From Alphaproteobacteria bacterium (GTDB taxonomy: Bacteria > Pseudomonadota > Alphaproteobacteria > Caulobacterales > Caulobacteraceae): a stretch of 41,749 bases of DNA. The notes beneath the pieces are model-generated. The model was not told where the DNA came from. It was given only the letters and a program-made list of their open reading frames with translations, and searched no databases. How positions within the stretch are numbered: the stretch's first letter is position 1; every line of letters begins with the position of its first letter. Positions 18,377-27,269 of this stretch are shown in pieces. Both the position numbers and the translations under genes were made by a program. The DNA lies in NCBI GenBank assembly GCA_031379795.1, contig JANNFM010000334.1, positions 1 to 41,749 on the forward strand, read 5' to 3'.

Positions 18377-20119
18377 CTAACCCGCGAGTGCAGCTGCCGA
18401 GGTACCCTCCAGGTCTGACGCGTCTTCGCACAGGCCGTCTGCAACACCCGGTGCCAGGCTGAGGATCTGGCTGGCATACAGCCGGGCCATGGCGCTTTTC
18501 GCCTGCATCCAGGGGTCCGGGTCTCCGGTCGAGGCCAGGGCGTGGCGCGCCAGAATCCACCCGCCCACCACATCGCCGGCCAGGTTCAGGAAGGGCGATG
18601 CGGAGGCCAGCGCCGTATTGTTGTCGGCGGCGACGATGGCGTCGGTAGCGCGCTCAAGGGCCGCGATCCCGGACGCCAGCCGTCGGCCAACCGAAGTCAG
18701 GTCCGGGCTCTGTGCAAGCAGGTCTGCCGTCAGCATCATGTCGGCACACAGCGCCCGCATCGTCGCCCCGCCGTTCAGCCGCACCTTGCGACCGATCAGG
18801 TCGATGGCCTGGATGGCGTTCGTGCCCTCATAGATCGGCGCGATGCGGGCGTCGCGATAGTGCTGCGCTGCGCCGGTCTCCTCCATGAATCCCATGCCGC
18901 CGTGTAACTGCACGCCCTGGGACGCCACCTCGACGCCGATGTCCGTGGACCAGGCCTTGGCGATGGGGGTCAACAGTTCCTGGCGGGCCTTGGCCGAGGT
19001 CCGTTCCTCGGCTGAGTCGGCAAGGCGCGCGATATCCGCCAGCACACCGGTGACCAGACAGATGCCCCGTGCGGCCTCGATCTTGGCCTTCATCAGCATC
19101 AGGGTGCGCCGCACGTCCGGGTGGCCATAGATTGCGCCGTCGGCCTCCCAGGCGGTGCGGCCCTGCTTGCGCTCGGTGGCGTAGGCCAGCGCCTGCTGGA
19201 ATGCCCGCTCGGCGATGGCCACGCCCTGGACGCCCACCTGCAGGCGCGCCGCGTTCATCATCACGAACATATGCGGCAGACCCTGGCCCAGTTCGCCGAC
19301 CAGTTCGGCCTGGGCGCCTTCGAACAGCATGACGCAGGTCGGTGAGCCGTGGATGCCCAGCTTGTGCTCGATGGATCCGGCGCGCAGGTCATTCAGCCCA
19401 CCAAGGGACCCGTCATCCTTGACCATCTTCTTGGTGGCCAGGAACAGGCTGATGCCCTTCACCCCCGGAGGCGCGTCCGGCGTTCGGGCCAGCACCAGAT
19501 GGCAGATGTTGTCCGCCGCGTCGTGGTCTCCCCAGGTGATGAAGATCTTCTGGCCGGTCAGGCGATAGCCGCCCTGGCCGTCCGGCTCGGCGCGGGTGGT
19601 GAGCGCGGCGAGATCCGAGCCAGCCTGGGGCTCGGTCAGGTTCATGGTGCCGGTCCACTCGCCGGACACCAGCTTGGGCAGCACCAGCCGCTTTTGCCGC
19701 TCGGTCCCGTGCAGCGCGATGGCCTCAATGGCCCCCTGGGTCAGCATCGGGCAGAGACCGAAGGCCATATTGGCCGCGTGCACCATCTCGAACACCGCCA
19801 GTTCCAGCGCCTTCGACAGCCCCTGGCCGCCATGCGCCGGATCGGCGGACAACGAGTTCCAGCCCTGCTCGACAAACAGCCGATAAGCGTCGGCAAACCC
19901 CGGCGCAGCGGTAACCCGGCCATTCTCGTACCGCGCACCCTCGGTATCGCCCTTGCGGTTCAGCGGCGACAGTTCGTTGTCGGCAAACGCGGCAGCCCCC
20001 TCCAGCACCGCCTCCACGGTCGCCTCGTCCAGATCCGGATAGGCGCGCGCCAGCAACTCACTGTGGCCGAGGGTCTTCAGCGCAAAGGCAAGGTCGCGGG
20101 CAGGGGCTCGAAAGGTCAT
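18377..20119 (-). CDS. Acyl-CoA dehydrogenase (long, DmdC-like group)
   Basis: TGTMNLTEPQAGSDL, GQKIFITWG, GVKGISLF, EHKLGIHGSPTC, QLHGGMGF and IYEGTNAIQA. Confidence 0.95.
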   Translation of the reverse strand: MTFRAPARDLAFALKTLGHSELLARAYPDLDEATVEAVLEGAAAFADNELSPLNRKGDTEGARYENGRVTAAPGFADAYRLFVEQGWNSLSADPAHGGQGLSKALELAVFEMVHAANMAFGLCPMLTQGAIEAIALHGTERQKRLVLPKLVSGEWTGTMNLTEPQAGSDLAALTTRAEPDGQGGYRLTGQKIFITWGDHDAADNICHLVLARTPDAPPGVKGISLFLATKKMVKDDGSLGGLNDLRAGSIEHKLGIHGSPTCVMLFEGAQAELVGELGQGLPHMFVMMNAARLQVGVQGVAIAERAFQQALAYATERKQGRTAWEADGAIYGHPDVRRTLMLMKAKIEAARGICLVTGVLADIARLADSAEERTSAKARQELLTPIAKAWSTDIGVEVASQGVQLHGGMGFMEETGAAQHYRDARIAPIYEGTNAIQAIDLIGRKVRLNGGATMRALCADMMLTADLLAQSPDLTSVGRRLASGIAALERATDAIVAADNNTALASASPFLNLAGDVVGGWILARHALASTGDPDPWMQAKSAMARLYASQILSLAPGVADGLCEDASDLEGTSAAALAG

Positions 20120-20193
20120 GGGCGTCTCACGGGGTTTCCCGCGGTTCCTAAGCAGAAATTCGCTGCCTGCCCAACGGAAGATAACGTGGTGCG

Positions 20194-20339
20194 CCTTTGC
20201 CTCGCCGGTTTACGGGGGAGGGGGACCGCGCCTGCAAGGCGTGGTGGAGGGGGCGAGTTCAAGCTCCGAGCCCGGTCCCGCCCCTTCCACCCTCGGCTGC
20301 GCCGACGGTCCCCCTTCCCCGAATTCGGCGAAGGCAAGG
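20194..20339. repeat. Family-A palindromic intergenic element, copy 2
   Basis: GGGGAGGGGGACCGCGCCTGCAAGGCGTGGTGGAGGGGGCG...CGCCCCTTCCACCCTCGGCTGCGCCGACGGTCCCCCTTCCCCGAATTCGGCGAAGG; near-identical to 25476-25642. Confidence 0.92.
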
Positions 20340-20516
20340 AAGCCTCGGCAGGTCGACCCGGAGTCAGGGCTCGCGAACCTCAACGTCCGTTGGGGCACTG
20401 TTGCAACCCTGATTGGCGCGACATCACGAAGTTCGGAAGCCGACGCCGAATTTCTTGCCATCCCGCCGCCGTGCTTGTGCGTATCATCTCCGATCACCCA
20501 AGGAGAATACCCCCGG

Positions 20517-21122
20517 ATGCTGCGTCGCGCGTTTGTGTTCATGGCGCTTGGCCTGACGCTTTGGCCGGCCGCGACGCTTGCGGATCCGCCCACGCGCGAC
20601 CCGACCAGGGTCCCGGCGGGGGCCTATGTGCTGGACACGCGCCAATCCAGTCTGGCCATTCGCATCCCGCTGATGGGCGGCCTTTCGCGCTACACGATGC
20701 GGTTCAACAAGCTGAGTGGAAGCTTCGACTACGATCCCGCCAGCTGGCAGTCTACCCAGGTGGAAATCACCGTCGACCCCCGCGCGGTCGAGGCCGAGAA
20801 CACGATGTTCAACCGCGCCATCGTTCGCTATTTCGAGCCGGACAAATATCCCGTCATACGGTTCCACTCGACCGCGCTGGTTGCCGATGCCAACGGCCGG
20901 GGCAAGCTCTCCGGCGATCTGACATTCCACGGCGTGACGCGACCTATCACCCTTGATGTACAGTTCAATGGCTTCGGGTCAGATCCTTTGGGCGCTGGTG
21001 CGCGTATGCAGTTTTCGGGCAGGGGGGCGATCAGAAGATCGGAATTTGGCATCATCGCCGGGCGTCCGTTTGCCGATGACAGGATTGATCTGGTCTTCGA
21101 CGTCGAGTTTGCCAAGAAGTAA
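20517..21122 (+). CDS. Periplasmic YceI-family (polyisoprenoid-binding) protein
   Basis: AAGGAG SD, signal peptide, GAYVLD, YPVIRFHST, GDLTFHGVTRPITLDV and IRRSEFGI. Confidence 0.9.
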   Translation: MLRRAFVFMALGLTLWPAATLADPPTRDPTRVPAGAYVLDTRQSSLAIRIPLMGGLSRYTMRFNKLSGSFDYDPASWQSTQVEITVDPRAVEAENTMFNRAIVRYFEPDKYPVIRFHSTALVADANGRGKLSGDLTFHGVTRPITLDVQFNGFGSDPLGAGARMQFSGRGAIRRSEFGIIAGRPFADDRIDLVFDVEFAKK

Positions 21123-21126
21123 GCCA

Positions 21127-22398
21127 ATGTCCGATCCCACGAAATCCATTTCCTCTGCGCGATACTCCAGCGTCGCCATGTTGCTGCACTGGATGATCGC
21201 GGCCCTGATCGTGCTGCAGGTGGTGTTGGCCGGGCGGATGGAGGGACGGACACCCGAGGCGTTCGCTATCATCCAGCTGCACAAGTCTATCGGGATTTCG
21301 GTGCTGCTGCTGAGCGTCCTGAGATTGGTCTGGCGCTTCCTGAACCCGCCGCCCCCCGAACCCGCCTCGCTTTCAGTATGGGAGCGGCGACTCTCCGGGT
21401 TCGTGCATTGGGCGCTCTATGCGGTGATGATCGGCATGCCGCTCACAGGATGGCTGGCGACCTCGGCCAGTCGCCTGGCGTTTCCGACCCTGCTGTTCGG
21501 CGTGGTGCCCTGGCCGCACATTCCGGGTCTCGCCGACCTGGCACCGTCCGCGAAGGCCATGTGGCATGAGGTGGGCGAGGTCAGCCACGAACTGATTATC
21601 AAGGGGGCCTATGTGCTGGTGGCGCTGCATGTCACGGGCGCGCTCAAGCATCAGTTCTCAGGCCGCGACGAGCCCGTTCTGCCCCGGATGGCATCCTGGC
21701 TCCGGTTCGAGCGGCGGCTTGACCCACGCCTGTTGGCCATTCCAGTCGCCCTCGGCGCTGTCGTCGCGTTCGGCCGCCTGTACGATCCACCCCGACCCCA
21801 CGCTGCCGCGCCGACGCCCGTGGCGATGGAAATCCCCGATGAGGTGCCAGTTCCCGCAACAACCGAAGCCCCGCCGCCGGTTGCCCCAACGGTCGAAGCT
21901 GATCCTGTCGTCTGGACTGTCGACCGCAGTTCCAGCTTGACGTTTGCGACCTCATGGGGCGGCGAAGCCATCCAGGGTCGGTTCGACCGCTGGACCTCCG
22001 ACATCCTCTTCAGCCCGAATGCGCTGGATCGCTCGAAGGTGTCGATATCCATCGACATGACCTCGGCCCGGTCCGGCGACGAACAGCGTGACGCCAGCCT
22101 GCCGGGCTCCGACTGGTTCGACGCCAGCGTCCATCCCAAGGCGACGTTCACCGCGACCCGCTTCGAAAAGACCGGCGAGGGCCGCTTCGTGGCGCGCGGC
22201 AAACTGACCCTTCGCGGCGTCAGGCGCCCCCTCGACCTGCCGTTCCGCCTGAAGATCGACGGCGACAGGGCCGAGGTCAGCGGTGTAACCAGCCTCGACC
22301 GGACGACCTTCGGTGTTGGGCAGGGCGAGTGGACGAGCACCGATCAGATACCGGCCAGGGTGACGGTGCGGATCGCGCTGAAGGCGCGTCGCAAATAG
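21127..22398 (+). CDS. Cytochrome b561 (YceJ/CybB-like) fused to a C-terminal YceI domain
   Basis: RYS...LHW, HKSIG, SHE and LHVTGALKH heme-ligand pattern; Pro-rich linker; WTVD..SSLTF, GKLTLRGV and LDRTTFGVGQGEW. Confidence 0.9.
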   Translation: MSDPTKSISSARYSSVAMLLHWMIAALIVLQVVLAGRMEGRTPEAFAIIQLHKSIGISVLLLSVLRLVWRFLNPPPPEPASLSVWERRLSGFVHWALYAVMIGMPLTGWLATSASRLAFPTLLFGVVPWPHIPGLADLAPSAKAMWHEVGEVSHELIIKGAYVLVALHVTGALKHQFSGRDEPVLPRMASWLRFERRLDPRLLAIPVALGAVVAFGRLYDPPRPHAAAPTPVAMEIPDEVPVPATTEAPPPVAPTVEADPVVWTVDRSSSLTFATSWGGEAIQGRFDRWTSDILFSPNALDRSKVSISIDMTSARSGDEQRDASLPGSDWFDASVHPKATFTATRFEKTGEGRFVARGKLTLRGVRRPLDLPFRLKIDGDRAEVSGVTSLDRTTFGVGQGEWTSTDQIPARVTVRIALKARRK

Positions 22399-23297
22399 CC
22401 GCTGCCGCCGCGGCGCTGGCCAACGGCGGCCTGGTGTTGATGCCGACCGAGACCGTCGATGGGCTGGCGGCCGATGCTGCCAATGCGCGTGCCGTCGCCG
22501 CCGTCTACGAGGCCAAGGGCCGTCCCGCTTTCAACCCCCTGATCGCCCACGTCGGCGACGTGGCGATGGCGCGTCGCATCGCCCGCTTTGATGATCGCGC
22601 CGAACGCCTGGCCGCGGCGTTCTGGCCAGGGCCGCTGACCCTGGTGTTGCCGGTCACCGATGGCGATGCGGTGTGCGATCTGGCCCGTGCGGGCCTTGAT
22701 ACCGTCGCGGTGCGGGTGCCTGCCAACCCCGTGGCGCAAGCGCTGATCGCGGCATTTGGGGGACCCTTGGTCGCGCCCTCCGCCAACCGCTCGGGCCGCC
22801 CCAGCCCCACGACGTGGGCGGATGCCATGGAGGAGACGGGCACGGCGGCGACCGTTGCCCTGGATGGCGGCCCCTGCGCCGTCGGTCTGGAATCGACCGT
22901 GGTTGCCCTGTTGGACGAGGCCCGGTTGCTCCGCCCGGGCGCAGTCACGCGCAGCGAGATCGAGGCGATCATCGGACCATTGCTGGAGGCAGAAGGCGAC
23001 GCCAAACGATCCCCCGGCCGCCTGACCCGTCACTATGCGCCCAAGGCTCCGGTGCGGCTGGATGTGGTGTCCCCGGCCCCCGGCGAGGCCTGGCTGTCCT
23101 TCGGAAGCACGGGCTCCGGCCCCTGGAACCTCAGCCCATCGGGCGATCTGCGCGAAGCCGCCGCCAATCTGTTCGCCTATCTGCGGAGCGCAGACCGCAC
23201 CAACCCCACTGCCATCGCCGTGGCCCCGATCCCGCCGCAGGGCCTGGGTGAAGCCATCAACGACCGCCTGCGCCGTGCGGCGGGGTTTGTGGGTTAG
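22329..23297 (+). CDS. tsaC: L-threonylcarbamoyladenylate synthase, Sua5 type (start uncertain)
   Basis: PTETV(D)GL, KGRPAFNPLIAH, FWPGPLT, APSANRSG, GLESTV, PG....HYAP linker and AINDRL (SUA5 domain). Confidence 0.92.
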   Translation: MDEHRSDTGQGDGADRAEGASQIAAAAAALANGGLVLMPTETVDGLAADAANARAVAAVYEAKGRPAFNPLIAHVGDVAMARRIARFDDRAERLAAAFWPGPLTLVLPVTDGDAVCDLARAGLDTVAVRVPANPVAQALIAAFGGPLVAPSANRSGRPSPTTWADAMEETGTAATVALDGGPCAVGLESTVVALLDEARLLRPGAVTRSEIEAIIGPLLEAEGDAKRSPGRLTRHYAPKAPVRLDVVSPAPGEAWLSFGSTGSGPWNLSPSGDLREAAANLFAYLRSADRTNPTAIAVAPIPPQGLGEAINDRLRRAAGFVG

Positions 23298-23683
23298 ATC
23301 GCCGGGCGAATGTCGGTCTTGGCGAAGTCATCGCCCTTGTACAGAAGCGGCAGGTCGAGCTGCCTGGCCAGTGCGTAAGCGAAGCAGTCGGCCAGGTTCA
23401 GCCGGGCAGGGTGGAAGCCCTTGCCGTAGCGCAGGTAGGCCGCCAGCGCCGAAGATCCCAATTCGACGCCTTCACTAACGCTCACGTTCACGCTGGCAAG
23501 CCAGCGGTCGAGTCGGGGCTGATCCGGAACAACCCTGCGGCGCGCCAGGATGAGCCCTGTTTCGACGTAGTTGATCGGAGAAAGCCACGCTCTCTCGGAT
23601 TCCTGAAGCACGGCAAGGAACGGCACCTCTTCCGGTTCCGCCTGGGCGATGGCGACCAGCGCCGAGGCGTCTACAACGATCAA
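23294..23683 (-). CDS. vapC: VapC PIN-domain toxin
   Basis: IVVDASAL, E, LNLADCFAYALA and LLYKGDDF acidic PIN residues; 4-nt overlap with the antitoxin gene. Confidence 0.92.
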   Translation of the reverse strand: MIVVDASALVAIAQAEPEEVPFLAVLQESERAWLSPINYVETGLILARRRVVPDQPRLDRWLASVNVSVSEGVELGSSALAAYLRYGKGFHPARLNLADCFAYALARQLDLPLLYKGDDFAKTDIRPAI

Positions 23684-23955
23684 TCGTCGTCCTCGGCGAA
23701 GCCCGGGATTTCATTGATTTCGTCCCACTCGGCTTTTGTTACAGGTGGCAGGGGCCCTTTTATTCCGGCCTCGGCGCGCAGCAGTTCGGTGGCGGCAATC
23801 ATCTCGGCCAGCGACAGTTTCTTCCGCTTTTGCAGCGTCTCCGCCAAGGCCCGGTCCAGCGCGCCGTCGAGGGCCGCCGTGATGCTCAGCCCGCGCAAGC
23901 TCGCCAGTTCGCGCGCCTTGCGTTCGGTCTCCGGGTTCTTGATCAGGATGGCCAT
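23680..23955 (-). CDS. vapB: VapB antitoxin (Rv0623/PSK-type RHH)
   Basis: MAILIKNPETERKARELA..RG.SITAA..AL pattern; acidic tail; directly upstream of vapC; GGAG SD. Confidence 0.88.
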   Translation of the reverse strand: MAILIKNPETERKARELASLRGLSITAALDGALDRALAETLQKRKKLSLAEMIAATELLRAEAGIKGPLPPVTKAEWDEINEIPGFAEDDD

Positions 23956-23960
23956 GGCGG

Positions 23961-23989
23961 ACTCCGGTATATATCGGAGTATATACTGG
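23961..23989. promoter_or_regulatory. Probable VapBC operator
   Basis: Tandem GTATATAT/GTATATAC at a 12-bp period, forming the imperfect IR CCGGTATATA-N6-TATATACTGG immediately upstream of vapB; an AT-rich patch in GC-rich DNA. Confidence 0.65.
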
Positions 23990-24022
23990 CAAAACGTGCG
24001 ACGGAAGGCTAGTCATGCGGCC

Positions 24023-25432
24023 ATGATCGCCCCCGTATCCGCCGACGTGATTTCGCGCCTGAAAGCCGTGCTGGGTCCGGGCGGCTGGAGCGAGGACCCG
24101 GATCGCCTCGCGCCCAAACTGGTGGAATGGCGCGATCGCTGGGTCGGGACTACGCCGTTTCTGGCCCTGCCGAAATCGACGGCGGATGTGGCCGCCGTGG
24201 TCGGCATCTGCTTTGAGGCCGGGCAGGCGATCACCACCCAGGGCGGCAACACCGGTCTGGTGGGGGGACAGATCCCGCAGGGCGAAATCCTCTTGTCCAC
24301 CGAACGCCTGCGCACAATCCGCGAGGTGGAGGCCTATGACGACGTGCTTGTCGCAGAGGCCGGCGTCACCCTGTCTGAGGTCCATGCCTCGGCGGCCGAG
24401 GTGCACCGTCGTTTTCCGCTGGGGTTGGCGTCCGAGGGATCAGCGACCGTCGGCGGCGTGGTGTCCACCAATGCTGGCGGCACCCAGGTCCTTCGCTATG
24501 GCATGACCCGAAATCTGGTTCTCGGTCTGGAGGCAGTGCTGCCGAATGGCGAAATCTGGAACGGGCTGAAGCGCCTGCGCAAAGACAACACCGGCTATGA
24601 CCTCAAGCAATTCCTGATCGGGGCCGAGGGCACGCTGGGGGTGGTGACGGCGGCGGCGCTGAAGCTGTTCCCGCTGATGGCGTCGCGCGCCGTGGCGATG
24701 ATCGGCGTCGACACGCCCGAGGCGGCGCTGGAGCTGCTGACCCGCGCCAAGGACGATACCGGCGGGGCCGTCGAGGCCTTTGAACTGATGGGCCGGCTCG
24801 GCGTCGAATTCGCCCTGCGCAACATCCCCGGCACCCGGGACCCCCTGTCAGGGCCACATCCCTGGTACGTTCTGGCCGAGTTCTCGTCCGGAGAACCCGG
24901 CTCGGCCGAGGCCGCCATGGCGCGTTTCCTTGAGTCGGGACTGGAGGTCGGCCTGGTCCGCGACGCGGTGGTGGCCCAGACCGACACCCAGGCCAAGGCG
25001 TTGTGGGCGATCCGGGAGAACCAGTCTCCGGCCCAGAAGCCCGAGGGGGCCACCTGGAAGCATGACGTCGCGGTGCCGGTCAGTCAGGTCCCCGCCTTTC
25101 TGGCGGAGGCGACGGCGGCCATGCAGGCGTTCGCCCCCGGTGCCCGGATCGCCGCCTTCGGCCACGTGGGCGACGGCAATATCCACTACGACGTCCTGCG
25201 TCCCGACGAAGGGTCGGACGCCGAGCATGCTGCCCGACGCGACGGAGGCTCCCGCATCGTCCACGACATTGTGGCCCGGATGGGCGGCTCCATCAGCGCC
25301 GAACACGGTCTGGGCTCCATGAAAACCGCCGAGGGCGCGCGCTACAAAGGCGAGGTTGAACTGGCCGCCCAGCGAGCCATCCGCCACGCCCTCGACCCCA
25401 AACGCATCCTCAATCCACGGGTTCTGTTCTAG
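24023..25432 (+). CDS. FAD-binding oxidoreductase (D-2-hydroxyacid dehydrogenase/GlcD-like)
   Basis: QGGNTGLVGG, STNAGG, LRKDNTGYDLK, GAEGTLG, GHVGDGNIH, SAEHGLG and LDPKRILNP; ATG 24023. Confidence 0.93.
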   Translation: MIAPVSADVISRLKAVLGPGGWSEDPDRLAPKLVEWRDRWVGTTPFLALPKSTADVAAVVGICFEAGQAITTQGGNTGLVGGQIPQGEILLSTERLRTIREVEAYDDVLVAEAGVTLSEVHASAAEVHRRFPLGLASEGSATVGGVVSTNAGGTQVLRYGMTRNLVLGLEAVLPNGEIWNGLKRLRKDNTGYDLKQFLIGAEGTLGVVTAAALKLFPLMASRAVAMIGVDTPEAALELLTRAKDDTGGAVEAFELMGRLGVEFALRNIPGTRDPLSGPHPWYVLAEFSSGEPGSAEAAMARFLESGLEVGLVRDAVVAQTDTQAKALWAIRENQSPAQKPEGATWKHDVAVPVSQVPAFLAEATAAMQAFAPGARIAAFGHVGDGNIHYDVLRPDEGSDAEHAARRDGGSRIVHDIVARMGGSISAEHGLGSMKTAEGARYKGEVELAAQRAIRHALDPKRILNPRVLF

Positions 25433-25475
25433 GCCAAAACGTCGCTGCAAGACCCGCGAAAAACGCTGTGGCGTA

Positions 25476-25642
25476 CCTTGCCTCCCACGCGAAGCGGGGG
25501 AGGGGGACCGCGCCTGCAAGGCGGGGTGGAGGGGGCGAGTTCAAGCTCTGTGCCCGGTCGCGCCCCTTCCACCCTCGGCTCTTCAGCCGGCTCTCGCCGA
25601 CTTCGGCCGACGGTCCCCCTTCCCCGAAATCGGGGAAGGCAA
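25476..25642. repeat. Family-A palindromic intergenic element, copy 3
   Basis: About 90 bp shared with copy 2 with four substitutions; carries an expanded loop (CTTCAGCCGGCTCTCGCCGACTTCG) in the right inner hairpin. Confidence 0.92.
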
Positions 25643-25754
25643 AAAGCCCGGTCTGGTCGACAAGGGTGCAGGTCTCGAGACCCTCCAGTCGCTATATCTT
25701 GCCAGTCCTCACAGGAGGCTTGGCGCGCCTCCCACGTCGCCGTAAGACCCTCGC

Positions 25755-26564
25755 ATGTTGATTGTCCTGTCCCCGGCCAAATCTCTTGATTTCACCGCCG
25801 CGCCGGCGTCCGTCGCGATCACCGCGCCGCAGATGACCGATCAGGTCGCCGAACTGGCCAAAACCACCCGCAAGCTGCGGGTTGCCGACCTGAAGCGCAT
25901 GATGTCGCTCTCCGACAGCCTGGCCAAACTGAACCGCGAACGCTTCCAGGCCTTCGACCCGGCGTCAGATGAAGGTGTGCAGGCCGCCTTTGCCTTCAAC
26001 GGGGATGTCTATTCCGGTCTGAAAGCGCGCGAGCTGGATCGCAAGGGGCTGGCCTGGGCGCAGGACCATGTCCGGATCCTGTCAGGTCTCTATGGCGTGT
26101 TGCGTCCGCTTGACGCCATCCAGCCCTACCGTCTGGAAATGGGCGTGCGGATCAAGACCCGGCGTGGACAGAGCCTCTACGACTTCTGGGGTCCACGTGT
26201 CTCCGAGGCCCTGAACGCTGCGGCTCAGGGCCAGAAGGACAAGACCCTCGTTAACTGCGCCAGCGGTGAGTACTTCGGCGCCGTCGATCGCAAGGCGCTG
26301 ACCCTGCCGGTGTTGTCCTGCCGGTTCCTGGAGGAACAGGACGGCGAGGCCCGCATTGTTTCGTTCTACGCGAAAAAGGCGCGGGGCCTGATGGCGCGCT
26401 ACGCCATCGACCATCGTATCGACCGCGCCGCCGACCTCCGGGCCTTCGATGTCGCCGACTACCGGTTTGTTCCGGAACTCTCGACCGACGAGGAATTTAC
26501 GTTCTCCCGGCCCCAGCCCGCGCCGATATCCCGGACCCGCGCGCCGGCCCGCATCGCCGCCTGA
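25755..26564 (+). CDS. yaaA: Peroxide stress protein YaaA (DUF328)
   Basis: MLIVLSPAKSLDF, FNGDVYSGL, ILSGLYGVLRPLD.IQPYRLEMG and SFYAKKARGLMAR. Confidence 0.95.
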   Translation: MLIVLSPAKSLDFTAAPASVAITAPQMTDQVAELAKTTRKLRVADLKRMMSLSDSLAKLNRERFQAFDPASDEGVQAAFAFNGDVYSGLKARELDRKGLAWAQDHVRILSGLYGVLRPLDAIQPYRLEMGVRIKTRRGQSLYDFWGPRVSEALNAAAQGQKDKTLVNCASGEYFGAVDRKALTLPVLSCRFLEEQDGEARIVSFYAKKARGLMARYAIDHRIDRAADLRAFDVADYRFVPELSTDEEFTFSRPQPAPISRTRAPARIAA

Positions 26565-26566
26565 GT

Positions 26567-27148
26567 TCAGGCTGAATTGGCCAGATAGGCCACGGGGTCT
26601 TTCAGGAAATCATGCGCGTCGGCGAGGCAGCCTTGCCAGGCTTGAAGGTGGGTCGCGAGGTCATCTCGCGACGACGACTTGAGCAGGATCGTCGAGTACA
26701 GCACGTGCTGCATCCCGGCGCGGTCCTGATAGACCCGGCACATCACTGAGGTCTGGTTGAAGCCATTGATCTGGCTTGCGCCGACGGCCGCACGATCCAG
26801 CGCCGCATCGAAAAGGACCGCCCGGCAGCCGCGCCCCTGTGGGCTGCAACCGGCGAACTGCATGGAAAAAGACGCCGCCGTCGAGGTGACCGCGACGAAA
26901 ACGGTGTCATCCTCGCGTGACCGGGTCTGCACCTTGGCACCCGCAGCGCCGACGAGCTCCATCAGGCCCTGAGGGTTCCGGGCGTCGAAGTCGGTGGCGG
27001 GTACGGCGGCACGTGTTGGGGCCGGCCTGGCCGGTAGGGGCTTTGCCGGTGCCGCCTTGACCGCGGCCGCAACGGGACCGGGCTTCGCCGGGGCAGCGGC
27101 CAGGCACAGCACGGCGGCCGAGAGTGTCATGAGAGCGTTTCGGATCAT
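26567..27148 (-). CDS. Exported protein, YbjN-like domain after a Pro/Ala-rich linker
   Basis: Signal peptide, PAKP-rich linker, F.GC-x6-C pair and INGFN; the family assignment is by resemblance only. Confidence 0.6.
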   Translation of the reverse strand: MIRNALMTLSAAVLCLAAAPAKPGPVAAAVKAAPAKPLPARPAPTRAAVPATDFDARNPQGLMELVGAAGAKVQTRSREDDTVFVAVTSTAASFSMQFAGCSPQGRGCRAVLFDAALDRAAVGASQINGFNQTSVMCRVYQDRAGMQHVLYSTILLKSSSRDDLATHLQAWQGCLADAHDFLKDPVAYLANSA

Positions 27149-27269
27149 CCTGGTTCGGTATCAGAACGACGTCGGTGGCGCGAGTATGGCGCCTCGCCCC
27201 CATCTCCGGTTTCCGTGGCGTTGGTCCCATAGTCCCGGTAGACTTGGCCCTCAAGTCGGGAGGACTGAC

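Noticed and set aside
20118-20516. N-terminal extension of the YceI ORF reading through a family-A repeat, with a similar peptide (GGGPRLQG.VEGASSSS) in ORF 25478-25789
   Set aside because: The peptide similarity is only the translated DNA repeat. The real YceI start is ATG 20517, with an AAGGAG SD and a signal peptide.
23411-24022. Apparent 200-aa N-terminal extension of the FAD oxidoreductase
   Set aside because: It is antisense to vapBC; family homology starts at ATG 24023. Similar over-extended starts in the ORF track (1653, 4955, 13129, 20953, 26994, 33529, 37455, 39433) were trimmed.
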